Shown piece by piece: positions 1 through 9,466 of a stretch of DNA of 64,000 nucleotides. The notes under the pieces were generated by a model. That model was given only the letters and a program-made list of their open reading frames with translations, was not told where the DNA came from and searched no databases. This stretch comes from an uncultured delta proteobacterium (GTDB lineage: Bacteria; Desulfobacterota; Binatia; DP-6): positions 336,344 through 400,343 of the forward strand of contig CAWESA010000013.1 in assembly GCA_963811605.1 (NCBI GenBank). Direction: 5' to 3'. Both the position numbers and the translations under genes were made by a program. Each line of letters starts with the position of its first letter. The stretch's first letter is position 1.

Positions 1-1
1 C

Positions 2-610
2 TTCCAGAACTCCGGCCAGGTCTGCACCGCCATCAAGCGCCTCTACGTGCACGAGAAGGTGTACCAGCCGATCGTGCAGGGCCTGGTCGACCGGGCCAAG
101 AAGGTGCGCGTGGGCGACGGGCTCGATCCCGAGACCCAGCTCGGGCCGATCAACAACAAGATGCAGCTCGAGCGCGTGATGGGCCTGGTGGACGACGCGA
201 AGAAGGGCGGCGGAAAGATCGAGGCCGGCGGCATTCGCCTCGAGGGCGCCGGCTACTTCTACCCGCCGACCATCGTGACCAACGTCGCGGCCGGCGTGCG
301 CCTGGTCGACGAGGAGCAGTTCGGGACCGCGCTGCCGGTGATGAAGTACTCCAAGCTGGACGACGTGATCGAGCAGGCGAACCGTACCCACTACGGCCTC
401 GGCAGCTCGGTGTGGAGCAGCGACCCCGAGCGCGGCAAGAAGGTCGTGCAGGAGCTCGATGCGGGCACCGGCTGGGTGAACCACCACATGGACATCACGC
501 CCTTCGCGCCCTTCGGCGGCGCCAAGTGGAGCGGGATCGGGTACGAGAACGGACGCTGGGGCTACGAGGCGTTCACCGAGCTCCAGGTCGTGAACACGAG
601 GAAGGCGTAG
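2..610 (+). CDS. Aldehyde dehydrogenase (5'-truncated by window edge)
   Basis: Frame 2 reads FQNSGQVCTAIKR (catalytic Cys), EEQFG and PFGGAKWSGIG. Confidence 0.93.
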   Translation, partial: FQNSGQVCTAIKRLYVHEKVYQPIVQGLVDRAKKVRVGDGLDPETQLGPINNKMQLERVMGLVDDAKKGGGKIEAGGIRLEGAGYFYPPTIVTNVAAGVRLVDEEQFGTALPVMKYSKLDDVIEQANRTHYGLGSSVWSSDPERGKKVVQELDAGTGWVNHHMDITPFAPFGGAKWSGIGYENGRWGYEAFTELQVVNTRKA

Positions 611-639
611 CGCGTGGCGGCCGGGACGCCGCATCGGCC

Positions 640-1104
640 ATGACCGAGTCGAAGCCCGACGGATGCGGGTGTCCGCCTACCGCGCCGGCGGTGCCCTCGA
701 TCGGCGGCGTCCACCACGTTTTCCTCACGGTCAACGACCTCGCACGGTCGCGGGCGTTCTATGGACAGCTGATGCCGCGGCTCGGATATCCCGCCGTCTG
801 GGAGTACCCCGAGGCGGCGGACAGCGTGGGGTTCATGGGCAACGGCGGCAGCCTCTGGCTGAAGCAGACGCCGGAGCGGTTCGCCGGGAAGACCTTCTCG
901 AAGGACCGTGTCGGACTGTGCGAGCTGGCGTTCCGCGCCGAGAGCCGCGATCAGGTCGACGCCCTGGCCGAGGACGTCCCGCGCTTCGGCGGCGCCATCC
1001 TCGATCCGCCACGCGACTATCCCGAGTACGTGCCGGGATATTACGCGGTCTTCTTCACCGATCCCGACGGCATCAAGCTCGAGCTCGTGCACATTCCCGG
1101 CTGA
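640..1104 (+). CDS. VOC/glyoxalase family protein
   Basis: GVHHVFLTVNDLARSRAFY ... YYAVFFTDPDGIKLEL; ATG at 640. Confidence 0.9.
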   Translation: MTESKPDGCGCPPTAPAVPSIGGVHHVFLTVNDLARSRAFYGQLMPRLGYPAVWEYPEAADSVGFMGNGGSLWLKQTPERFAGKTFSKDRVGLCELAFRAESRDQVDALAEDVPRFGGAILDPPRDYPEYVPGYYAVFFTDPDGIKLELVHIPG

Positions 1105-1209
1105 GAGCGAGCGCGAGCGCCGGCTCACCTGGCACTCCCCCGACTCGACCGGGGTGACGACTCGCGGAACGACGTGACGCGGGCAGGCACGCCTCGCACG
1201 GCGAGCGAT

Positions 1210-2190
1210 TCACGCCGGCGGGCGCTCCGGCGAGCGGCGCGAGCGCGCCACGGACGGTGACTCGCCGAACCAGCGGCGGAATGCCTTGCCGAACCCCGCG
1301 AGATCGGCGAAGCCGACGCGCGCGGCCACGTCGCCCAGCGCGAGCGCGTCCTCCCCGATCAGCCGCCGCGCCAGGGCGCGCCGCACATCGTCCACGATGT
1401 CGCGAAAATGACGCCCCTCCGTCGCGAGGCGGCGCGCGAGCGTCCTGCCGCTCATGCCGAGCGAGTGCGCCAGCGTCTCGCGATCGAGCCGTCTGCCGCG
1501 TGCGAGCGCGTCCTCGACGGCCGCGGCCAGGCGTGCCGCCACCGGCGATCCAGGGTGCTCCGTCTGGCGGACGAGCGCGGCGGCGAGGGCGTCGGCCGCC
1601 TCCGGGCTCGCCGTGCGCAGTGGACGCGCGAGGTCGTCCGCCTCCAGCACCAGTCCAGTCTCCGGCTGCCGGAAGTGCACCGGACAGCGCAGGATGCGCT
1701 CGTACTCCGAGACCGGCCCACCCGGCGCGTGCGCGAACGCCACCCGGCGGGCACCGGCGCCGCTCCGGCGCAGCGAGATCGCGATCCGCGCCACGACATA
1801 GTCCAGCACGTGGCGCGGGGTGGGCACGCCGAGCCGGACCCGCACGAAGGTCTCCTCCCCGTCGCGTTCGAGCCGGACGGCGTCGGTGCTCCAGGTGCTG
1901 CCGGCGAAGCGCTCGAAGGTCTGCAACCCGTCGCCGACGGTCCGCTGCGTACGAGCCAGATACGACAGCACGCCCCGACCCCGCGCACGCTCGGCCATGT
2001 GGAGGCCGAGAAGCGGGTCACCCGTCATCGCCTCCGCCCGCTCGAGCACCCTGGTGAGCTCGCCGAGCCCGAACGGGGCGGCGTCGTCCTCCGGCACGAC
2101 CACCCCGGCCCCAGCGCACACGACCGCCGGATCGAGGCCGACCGCCACCAGCTCCGACAGGATCACCCGGAGGCCGCCGCCCAGCGACAT
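1210..2190 (-). CDS. AraC family transcriptional regulator
   Basis: LAHSLGMSGRTLARRL and VAARVGFADLAGFGKAFRRWFGESP double HTH; N-terminal GDPLLGLH. Confidence 0.92.
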   Translation of the reverse strand: MSLGGGLRVILSELVAVGLDPAVVCAGAGVVVPEDDAAPFGLGELTRVLERAEAMTGDPLLGLHMAERARGRGVLSYLARTQRTVGDGLQTFERFAGSTWSTDAVRLERDGEETFVRVRLGVPTPRHVLDYVVARIAISLRRSGAGARRVAFAHAPGGPVSEYERILRCPVHFRQPETGLVLEADDLARPLRTASPEAADALAAALVRQTEHPGSPVAARLAAAVEDALARGRRLDRETLAHSLGMSGRTLARRLATEGRHFRDIVDDVRRALARRLIGEDALALGDVAARVGFADLAGFGKAFRRWFGESPSVARSRRSPERPPA

Positions 2191-2209
2191 CGTGATCTCA
2201 TAGCCGAAG

Positions 2210-2249
2210 TTGTCCGCGCCGGACCAGCGATTGTCCGCGGCGGACGAGC
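2210..2249. promoter_or_regulatory. Probable AraC operator: 19-bp direct repeat with 21-bp period
   Basis: TTGTCCGCGCCGGACCAGC (2210-2228) and TTGTCCGCGGCGGACGAGC (2231-2249) in the divergent intergenic gap. Confidence 0.7.
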
Positions 2250-2279
2250 AGGCGCGGCGCTCTCGCGGTAGGCTGGGGG

Positions 2280-4211
2280 ATGCTCGTGCCCACGATCCTC
2301 GGACTGCTCGCCCTGGCGGCTTCCGCGCTGGCGTCGCCTGCCGACCAGATCACGCCAAAGACCTTCCCGGTCCCGGGACCGACCGCGTGGCGTCCGCTCG
2401 ACTGCCGCAGCGTGCCGGTCGCGAGCCCGGTGCTCCTGCCGCGCACCGCGTTCCGCCGGGCCCACGGCGACCTCGAGAGCAGCGACGAGGTCGAGCTGGC
2501 CTACGCCCCGGTCTTCGCGCGCGAGTGGGTGGTGGAGCCGACGCTCTACCAGGTGACGACGCCCGCCTTCGACAGCGGGGGCAACCTCTACATGACCCCG
2601 CTGCTCCCGCACGAGCCGATCCTGATGCTCTCGCTCGATCGCGACACCGGCGCGCGCCGCTTCGTCGTGCCCCTCGTCCCCGGCGACCGCGGCGGCGGCG
2701 CCGTGCCGCTGGTCCTGCACGATCCGGAGAGCGGGAGCGACGTGGTGTACGTGAACAGCTACCAGCGCGTGCTGGCGGTGCGCACCGACGGGACGCCCGT
2801 GTGGGACGTTCCCACCGGTCTCGGCCCGGCGACGGCCGCCTACCAGTCACCGATCGGACTGGCGTGGGTGCCAAATGCCGACGCCATCGTCGGCCTGACG
2901 CGTGACGGGTTCGTCTTCCTGCTCGACCGGCGGACGGGCACGGCCGTACTCCCGCCGCTGCAGCTGCCCGGCGAGCGCACACCGTCGGTTCCATCGAACA
3001 TCTCGCCGTCTCTCGCGGCGACGGTGGACACGCTTCTCGAGCCCCTGGTCGACTTCCCGCAGGGCTTCGGCGTCCTGCCGCTGATCAACGTTCTGCTCGG
3101 CGGCGACAGCGAGGTGGCGAACAACCTCTCGGTGGACGGCCGCACCGGCCGCCTCTGGATCGCGGCCAGCGCGCGCGACGAGGAGGACGGCCATCCGGAC
3201 GGGGTGTCGGAGCTGGGCGCGATCTATCGCTTCGACGTCGTGCGCGATGGCGACCACTGGTCGCTGTCGGAGGTGTGCCATCGCACCTTCTTGGGTGGCT
3301 CCGCCTCCACGCCGACACTCGGGCAGAACGGCACGCGCGTCTACCTGGGCGACGACACCGGCGCGCTGATCGCGATCGACGCGGCGGACTGCCGCGATGC
3401 GTGGACGGTGCCGCTCGACTCGCAGATCTTCGGCTCGGTCGCCGCCGCGTCGAACGGCCGGGAGGTCTTCGCCGCGTCGGCCACTGGCATCTTCCAGGTG
3501 TTCGACGACGGCGCGAGCGGGCGTCGCGGCTGGACCGCGTCGCTCGACCTGTACGACATCCCGTCCGAGCTGGCCGGCTACGTCGGCTTGAACCTGCTCC
3601 TCACCGGGGTGGGCGCGAACGGGCTGCTCATCCAGGCGGGCGCCGGCCTGCGCAACGGGACGCAGTCGCTTCCCGTGCGCACCGGGATCGCCCTCGTCGA
3701 TCGGCTCACCGGCGCGCCGCGCTGGTTCGCCGACGGCCTCGAGGAGTCGCTGGGTGCCATGAGCACGGGGCCGGACGGCGCCCTCTACCTGCCGCATTCG
3801 CCACTGCGGCGCGCCTTCTCGCTCGCCCTGGGGTTCACGACCGAGCCGCTGCTCGGCGGCGTGAGCAAATGGTCGGCGACGCGGCAGGATCTGCTCGCGC
3901 GAGACGCCGCCTGCGCCGCGTCCGACCGCTCCCGGAACGCGGCCGCGCATCGCAAGGCCTGTCCAGACTCGGCGATCGCCGATCTGGGAGAGGTCGACGC
4001 GCTGCGCACCCAGATGCTGGACGCCGCCGAGCATGCCGCGAGCGACGGTCAGCTCGGCAAGCGCGATCTGCGACGCCTGCACCGCCTGGCGGCCAAGGTC
4101 CGGCGGCTGCCGCGGCGCCAGACGGGCACGACGGCCGCGCGCTATCACGGCAAGGCGGCGGGCGCGCTCGGCCGCGCCTGCCGGCTGCTGTCGGCCGGCG
4201 CGGAGCGCTGA
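2280..4211 (+). CDS. Secreted PQQ-binding-like beta-propeller protein
   Basis: Signal peptide; blade-like motifs (TPAFDSGGNLY, DGTPVW, STPTLG..RVYLGD, GPDGALY); basic C-terminal extension. Confidence 0.75.
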   Translation: MLVPTILGLLALAASALASPADQITPKTFPVPGPTAWRPLDCRSVPVASPVLLPRTAFRRAHGDLESSDEVELAYAPVFAREWVVEPTLYQVTTPAFDSGGNLYMTPLLPHEPILMLSLDRDTGARRFVVPLVPGDRGGGAVPLVLHDPESGSDVVYVNSYQRVLAVRTDGTPVWDVPTGLGPATAAYQSPIGLAWVPNADAIVGLTRDGFVFLLDRRTGTAVLPPLQLPGERTPSVPSNISPSLAATVDTLLEPLVDFPQGFGVLPLINVLLGGDSEVANNLSVDGRTGRLWIAASARDEEDGHPDGVSELGAIYRFDVVRDGDHWSLSEVCHRTFLGGSASTPTLGQNGTRVYLGDDTGALIAIDAADCRDAWTVPLDSQIFGSVAAASNGREVFAASATGIFQVFDDGASGRRGWTASLDLYDIPSELAGYVGLNLLLTGVGANGLLIQAGAGLRNGTQSLPVRTGIALVDRLTGAPRWFADGLEESLGAMSTGPDGALYLPHSPLRRAFSLALGFTTEPLLGGVSKWSATRQDLLARDAACAASDRSRNAAAHRKACPDSAIADLGEVDALRTQMLDAAEHAASDGQLGKRDLRRLHRLAAKVRRLPRRQTGTTAARYHGKAAGALGRACRLLSAGAER

Positions 4212-4242
4212 CCCGGCGCCGCCATCGTCGGGCGGCGCCGGG
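4212..4242. terminator. GC-rich hairpin between convergent genes
   Basis: CCCGGCGCCGCC-7 nt-GGCGGCGCCGGG perfect 12-bp stem; no U-tract. Confidence 0.55.
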
Positions 4243-4256
4243 ATCGCGTCACCCGT

Positions 4257-4577
4257 TCACAGGATGGTGGACGGCACGCAGAGGTCGTCGTACTGCGTCA
4301 GCGTCTCCGTGAACGAGCCGAACTGGTTGGTCACCAGGACGGTCTTCTGCGGGAAGGGCAGCTTGTCGTTCTGCGTCGTGTAGCGGAGCAGCGCGTTCGG
4401 ATCGGTGGGCGCGGCAGGAGCCTCGCCGTTCTTGCCGCGCTGGGTCTCGCGCCGGGGCCTGCCGCCACGAGCCATGAACGACCCGATGCGAAGAGACCCC
4501 GTGAGGCGTGTCGGCGGATCGGCTGCGCACGCGTGGCACCGGCCCCCGCCGGGAATCTGCTGTGCGTCGCACGACAT
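4257..4577 (-). pseudogene. Small hypothetical ORF / remnant of a secreted-protein C-terminal domain
   Basis: Only the last ~50 codons look coding (LLRY..VLVTNQFG..LCVPS); the N-terminal half is low complexity. Confidence 0.4.
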
Positions 4578-4646
4578 CCTCTGCCCCGTCCGGCTTCCGT
4601 CAACGGGTCCGAAAGCGCGCTACGATTCGGCGCGCGAATGGGCGCT

Positions 4647-6074
4647 TCAGGACGTCGGGGTGGGCGACGTCGCGCCCGAGCGGCGACGCCGGCGCCGGCG
4701 CTTCTTCGCGGCCTCGCCGCCCGCGGCGGCAGGTGCGGGCGATGGCTTCGGTCGCGCATGCGACGTGTCGGGTGCCGGCTTCGGCGCCGGATGCGCCGGG
4801 CCCTGCCCGTGCGAACGCCGGCGGTCTCCCGACCCGGCCCGGCGCCGATCGCCGTCCTCCCGGTGATGGCGCGGGGGATGCTTCACATCGTGCGGCAGCA
4901 TGCCGTCGTCCGGAAAGTCGTGCGGCAGCTTGAAGCCGATGTACTGCTCGATGGCCTCGAGGCCGTCGACGTAATCCTCGCAGGCGAGCGTGATGGCATG
5001 CCCGGACGCGCCGGCCCGCGCCGTCCGCCCGGCGCGGTGGACGTAGTCCTCGGCGTCGAAGGGCAGATCGTAGTTGATCACGTGGGTGACGCCGTCGATG
5101 TGGAGTCCGCGCGACGCCACGTCGGTGGCGACGAGGATGGGCAGCGTGCCGTCCTTGAAATCGGAGAGGATGCGGAGGCGGCGGCGCTGATCGACGTCGC
5201 CGGTGATCGCCGCCGCCGAGAAGCCGTTGGCGACCAGGGTGCGCTCGAGCCGCTCGGCCGTCCGCTTCATGTTGGTGAACACCAGCACGCGGGCGTCCGG
5301 CATGGTCCGCAGCAGGCCGACCAGCAGCGGCATCTTCTCGTGCAGCCCGACGTGGTAGACCAGGTGCTCGATGTTCTCCGCCGTCACCTGCTCGGGCGTG
5401 ACCGACACCTTCTCGGCCTCGTTCATGAAGACGTATGCCAGCTCCATGACGTCGTAGTTGAGCGTGGCCGAGAACAGCATGGACTGCCGGCGCTCGAACG
5501 GCGGAAGCCGCCGCAGCAGGTAGCGCAGGTCCTTGATGAAGCCCATGTCGAACATGCGGTCGGCCTCGTCGATGACGAGCACCTCGACGTCGCCCAGGTC
5601 GAGCGCGTGCTGGCGATGGTAGTCGATCAGGCGGCCCGGGGTCCCGACGAGGAGGTCGACCCCCTCCTCGAGCTGGTCGCGCTGCTTCTTGTAGTCGACC
5701 CCGCCGTACACGGCGTGGATCGTCAGCCCGGTCGCCTGGCCGAGGAGACGCGCGTCCTCGGTGATCTGCACCACCAGCTCGCGCGTGGGCGCAACGACGA
5801 AGGCGCGCGGCCCCTTGGCCCGGCCGCTGCGGGGCCGGTGCAGCAGGCGGGTGAAGATCGTGATCAGGAAGGCCGCCGTCTTGCCGGTGCCGGTCTGCGC
5901 CTGTCCGGCGACGTCCCGTCCCGCCAGAGACAGCGGGAGGACCTTCTCCTGGATCGGCGTGCAACGCGTGAAACCCGCCGCCCGGATTCCTTCCATCACC
6001 GGCTCGGGCAGGTCGAAGCTCGCGAAGGATCGCCCCTCGGGCTGGGGCCTGTCCGTACTCACTGCGTGAGTCAT
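4647..6074 (-). CDS. rhlB: DEAD-box RNA helicase (RhlB-like)
   Basis: Q motif GFTRCTPIQ, AQTGTGKT, PTREL, DEAD, SAT, SRGLH, HRAGRTARAG; Arg-rich tail. Confidence 0.85.
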   Translation of the reverse strand: MTHAVSTDRPQPEGRSFASFDLPEPVMEGIRAAGFTRCTPIQEKVLPLSLAGRDVAGQAQTGTGKTAAFLITIFTRLLHRPRSGRAKGPRAFVVAPTRELVVQITEDARLLGQATGLTIHAVYGGVDYKKQRDQLEEGVDLLVGTPGRLIDYHRQHALDLGDVEVLVIDEADRMFDMGFIKDLRYLLRRLPPFERRQSMLFSATLNYDVMELAYVFMNEAEKVSVTPEQVTAENIEHLVYHVGLHEKMPLLVGLLRTMPDARVLVFTNMKRTAERLERTLVANGFSAAAITGDVDQRRRLRILSDFKDGTLPILVATDVASRGLHIDGVTHVINYDLPFDAEDYVHRAGRTARAGASGHAITLACEDYVDGLEAIEQYIGFKLPHDFPDDGMLPHDVKHPPRHHREDGDRRRAGSGDRRRSHGQGPAHPAPKPAPDTSHARPKPSPAPAAAGGEAAKKRRRRRRRSGATSPTPTS

Positions 6075-6178
6075 TGACCGCCGCTCCCGGGGAGTCAAGC
6101 GGCGAGCCCCGACAGGCGTCGTCCCGACTCCGTCGCGCTTGACGGCCCAGCGCGGGCCGTGGAAAAACCCCGGCCGTC

Positions 6179-6436
6179 ATGGCCGACGCCTTCGAGGCTC
6201 CGCGCATCATGCTCGGCTTCGTGGTGCGGCAGTGCGCGCGACGGCTCGGTCATGCTCCGCAGCCCGAAGAGCTGGCGGAGTGGGCCAACAATCAGCGCGA
6301 CGAGCACGGCGTCTACCGCATCTTCGGCCGGCCGATCAGCACCGAGGAGGCGCGCGTCATCCTGCGCCATCCCGAGCGGCTGGTCACGATCCGACCGGGA
6401 CCGCGATGGGACTTCGTGACGACGCTGGCCCGCTAG
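6179..6436 (+). CDS. Hypothetical protein (85 aa)
   Basis: ATG start, GC3-rich codons, globular composition. Confidence 0.7.
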   Translation: MADAFEAPRIMLGFVVRQCARRLGHAPQPEELAEWANNQRDEHGVYRIFGRPISTEEARVILRHPERLVTIRPGPRWDFVTTLAR

Positions 6437-6918
6437 GGGGCGCTCCTCCTCGCCTTCCCCTCCTCACGGGGCGCGCGTGGACCTTCGCCGACGGGCTGCG
6501 CGCCACCGACATCCTCCCCGCGGCGGCGGGGACCCTGTCGCCCGCCGACGCCGTCACCCGGTTGTTCGCCGACCTCGACGCCACGCTCGCCGCCCGCATC
6601 GAGCCCGACGACGTGCTGATCGCCGGACAGCAGCTCGGTGCCGGTCCCGGCGGAATCGCCGCCGCGCGCGCGTTGCGCGCCGCCGGGATGCTCGCCGTGG
6701 TCGCGGCCACCTATGCCGACGGATTCGATCACGCGCTGCTCGACGCCGGCGTGCCGGCGCTGGCGGTCGACGCTCCCGCCGTGTTCCACACCGGGCAGCG
6801 CCTCCGGCTCAACCTCGAAGGGGGAACGATCTCCAATCTCTCCAGCGGCGATCGCCAGCCCATCCGCAATCTCACCGAGCCGGTGCTGGCGCGACTTCGA
6901 GATCTGCTGGCATCGTGA
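6406..6918 (+). CDS. Degenerate LeuD/aconitase swivel-domain (small subunit)-like protein
   Basis: GRAWTF..TDILP, DDVLIAG, GMLAVVAATY, AGVPAL layout of LeuD/DmdB with conserved motifs altered; start uncertain. Confidence 0.65.
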   Translation: MGLRDDAGPLGGAPPRLPLLTGRAWTFADGLRATDILPAAAGTLSPADAVTRLFADLDATLAARIEPDDVLIAGQQLGAGPGGIAAARALRAAGMLAVVAATYADGFDHALLDAGVPALAVDAPAVFHTGQRLRLNLEGGTISNLSSGDRQPIRNLTEPVLARLRDLLAS

Positions 6919-8200
6919 CGTCGCCGGTGAGGGGGACCTCCATGCGGCGCAGCTCGAGCTGCTCGTCGCCGGTTCGGTAGTCGGGCAATCCGACCACGCG
7001 GAGCTGGAAGCCGTACCGACCGGCCTGCAGCTTCTCGCCATGCCGGCCGCGGATGCCGACCAGCGGCACGCTGCCGGGTACGACCTCCGGAGGAGCGCGC
7101 AGGGTGGCGTCGTCCTCGTAGACCAGCGAGAGCGGGATCGCCTTGCGCAGATTCTGACTCATGGTCATCGCGACCAGGATGGCCTGCCGGTCACCGACCA
7201 GCGTGAACCAGTTGCCGCTGCCCGCGAACGCGCGCTCGCGGGCGTCCATGTGGCCGTCGATGGCGAATCCGGGCGGCTCCGCGCCCGGGGCGACGTAGTG
7301 CCAGCCCTCGAGTCCCTGCATGTCCACGCCGCCCATGGCGGTGATGTCGCTGAAGAAGACCGACGGCGAGAAGGGCAGCTTCATCGCCCCCGGTCCGTAG
7401 ACGTGCTCGCCATAGAAATACGTGTGCGCGAGGCCCGCGGTGAGGCGGATGCCGAGCCCGATGTCCACCTTGTGGCGCGACCGGCGCACCACCCGCACCG
7501 GGCCGGCCGTCCACGCGACCAGCTCGTGCTGCCCGTCGCGCTCGCTGATGGACCAGTGCGCCAGGCCGGTGTGCAGGGTCGCTTCGGCCCGCAGTCGCAG
7601 CCCGTCGATCATGTTCGGGCCCATGGGGCCGTCGAGGCCGACGGCAAAGTCGACCGGCAGCGCTCCCGCCATGCCGACCCGGTAGCGCGCCGCGTGCACC
7701 CGATCCTGCGCGGCGTCGTACTCGACGTAGCGCCGGTCCGTGTGCGGCGGGTGGTCGGACGTCACCAGGTAGGCCCACCCGACGGAGTGGTCGAGGGGGT
7801 CGTCGATGCGGATCTCGCGGCCGCTGGCCGCCGGCGGCGCGCCGTCCGGCGCCCGCGAGCCGGCGTCGCACGCCATGAACACGAGCAGGTCGTCGGGATC
7901 GAGGACTCCGGGACGATCGTCCCGGGTCGGCTCCTTGCCGCCCGCCATCGCGATCCCGCCCGGCCCCTGCACCCGCTCGTCCACCTGGAAGGGAATCGGA
8001 TGGGCCACGCCGTCGCGGTAGGCCACCATCCCGAGGCGGGCGAGCGGCGTTCCTCCCAGGCGGCGCAGGCGGAGCGCGGTCAGCTCGATGGCCTCGTGGC
8101 GGCGCGCGATCGGGCCACAGGGTCCGATCGGCGACGGCGCGCTCTCGGGCCGGGCGGCGGCGGCCCAGAGCACGCACGCCATCGCCAGCGCGGCGCGCAT
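6872..8200 (-). CDS. Secreted hypothetical protein
   Basis: Signal peptide MRAALAMACVLWAAAA; PIPFQVDE, DPDDLLVFM motifs; ATG overlaps the upstream TGA. Confidence 0.75.
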   Translation of the reverse strand: MRAALAMACVLWAAAARPESAPSPIGPCGPIARRHEAIELTALRLRRLGGTPLARLGMVAYRDGVAHPIPFQVDERVQGPGGIAMAGGKEPTRDDRPGVLDPDDLLVFMACDAGSRAPDGAPPAASGREIRIDDPLDHSVGWAYLVTSDHPPHTDRRYVEYDAAQDRVHAARYRVGMAGALPVDFAVGLDGPMGPNMIDGLRLRAEATLHTGLAHWSISERDGQHELVAWTAGPVRVVRRSRHKVDIGLGIRLTAGLAHTYFYGEHVYGPGAMKLPFSPSVFFSDITAMGGVDMQGLEGWHYVAPGAEPPGFAIDGHMDARERAFAGSGNWFTLVGDRQAILVAMTMSQNLRKAIPLSLVYEDDATLRAPPEVVPGSVPLVGIRGRHGEKLQAGRYGFQLRVVGLPDYRTGDEQLELRRMEVPLTGDVTMPADLEVAPAPAR

Positions 8201-9411
8201 CAGCCCGCGAGCACGGCGGTGAGCGTCGGGGCGCGCAGCATCCGGCGCCATGCCCGCTCGACGTCCGCGAGCGCGAGCGTATCGAGCACGCGCGCCGCCT
8301 CGGCGAGCGAGGGCTGCCTACCGACGGCACGCACGGCGTGCGCCAGGGCACGATCGAGACGAGAGTCGGCGAGGCGGGCGAAGCGGTAGCGGATCTTCTT
8401 GCGCGCCCGGGAGAGCTCCTCGGCCGTGAAGCCCGATGCCGCTTCGAGGCACGTCCGCTCGACCGTCTCGCGGAGACGGCGCTCGTGCTCCCGGGCGGCG
8501 CTGGCCGAGATCACCGCGACCGCCCAGTCGACGCCGTACTCCACCGACGCGCCCACGTCGTAGCCCAGGCCGAGTCGCTCGCGCACCTCCTGGAAGAGCC
8601 GGGCATCGGGATCCGCGCCGACGATCTCGAGCGCGAGCGAGAGCGCCAGGACGTTGCGCGGGTCCGACGGGGCGGCCGCGATGCGCACGAGGTAGGCCTG
8701 CGCGAGGTCCTGGCGACGCAGGTGCATGGGTCGCCTCGACGCGCGGCGTGGCAGCCGCGGCCAGGGCGTGGGCCGTGGGCCCACGCGCGGAAACGCCCGC
8801 GCGAGCGCGCGACGGACGCGGACCGGCGACACGCCCCCCACCAGCGCGACCGCCATGTTGGCGGGCACGAACTGGCGCGCCACGAAACCCCGGACGGCCT
8901 CGGGCGTGATGCGGCGCACGCTCGTGACGGTGCCGCAGATGGGATGGCCGAGGGGTCCGCCGAAGAAGCGGCCCCAGGCCTGCTCGTGCACCGCGTTGGC
9001 GGGATCCTCCTGGCGACCCCTGATCTCGTCGATCACGACCCGGCGCTCCTTGGCGAAGCGATCCGACGGCACCATCGAGTGGAACAGCTGATCGGCCAGC
9101 AGGCCGAGCGCCTCCTCGACGTCCTCGTCGAAGACCTCGAAGTGGAGCGTCATGTCCTCGTAGCCGGTGTCGGCGTCGTGCTCGCCCCCCAGCTCGCCGG
9201 CCCGCCGGTTGAGCGCGGCCTGATCGAAGCGCGGGGTGCCCTGGAAGAGCATGTGCTCCGCCATGTGCGCGATGCCCTGGCGCTCGCCGTCGAAGCGCGC
9301 TCCCGCCCGCACGGCGATCGCGATGGCGGTCAACGGTCCCGGCGCCGGCTCGAAGAGCACCGTCAGCGAGCCGTGCGGGATGCGGCTCGGCTCGCGCAGC
9401 AGGCCGCTCAG
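8200..9411 (-). CDS. M16 (pitrilysin) family zinc peptidase; start uncertain
   Basis: GIAHMAEHMLFQGT (HxxEH), ERRVVIDEI, RLFQEVRERLGLGY. Confidence 0.88.
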   Translation of the reverse strand: MSGLLREPSRIPHGSLTVLFEPAPGPLTAIAIAVRAGARFDGERQGIAHMAEHMLFQGTPRFDQAALNRRAGELGGEHDADTGYEDMTLHFEVFDEDVEEALGLLADQLFHSMVPSDRFAKERRVVIDEIRGRQEDPANAVHEQAWGRFFGGPLGHPICGTVTSVRRITPEAVRGFVARQFVPANMAVALVGGVSPVRVRRALARAFPRVGPRPTPWPRLPRRASRRPMHLRRQDLAQAYLVRIAAAPSDPRNVLALSLALEIVGADPDARLFQEVRERLGLGYDVGASVEYGVDWAVAVISASAAREHERRLRETVERTCLEAASGFTAEELSRARKKIRYRFARLADSRLDRALAHAVRAVGRQPSLAEAARVLDTLALADVERAWRRMLRAPTLTAVLAG

Positions 9412-9466
9412 GCTGCCGTCGGCGCCGGCGCGTGGCGGCCCGGCGCGGAGCCCCGCCCGGGGCTTC

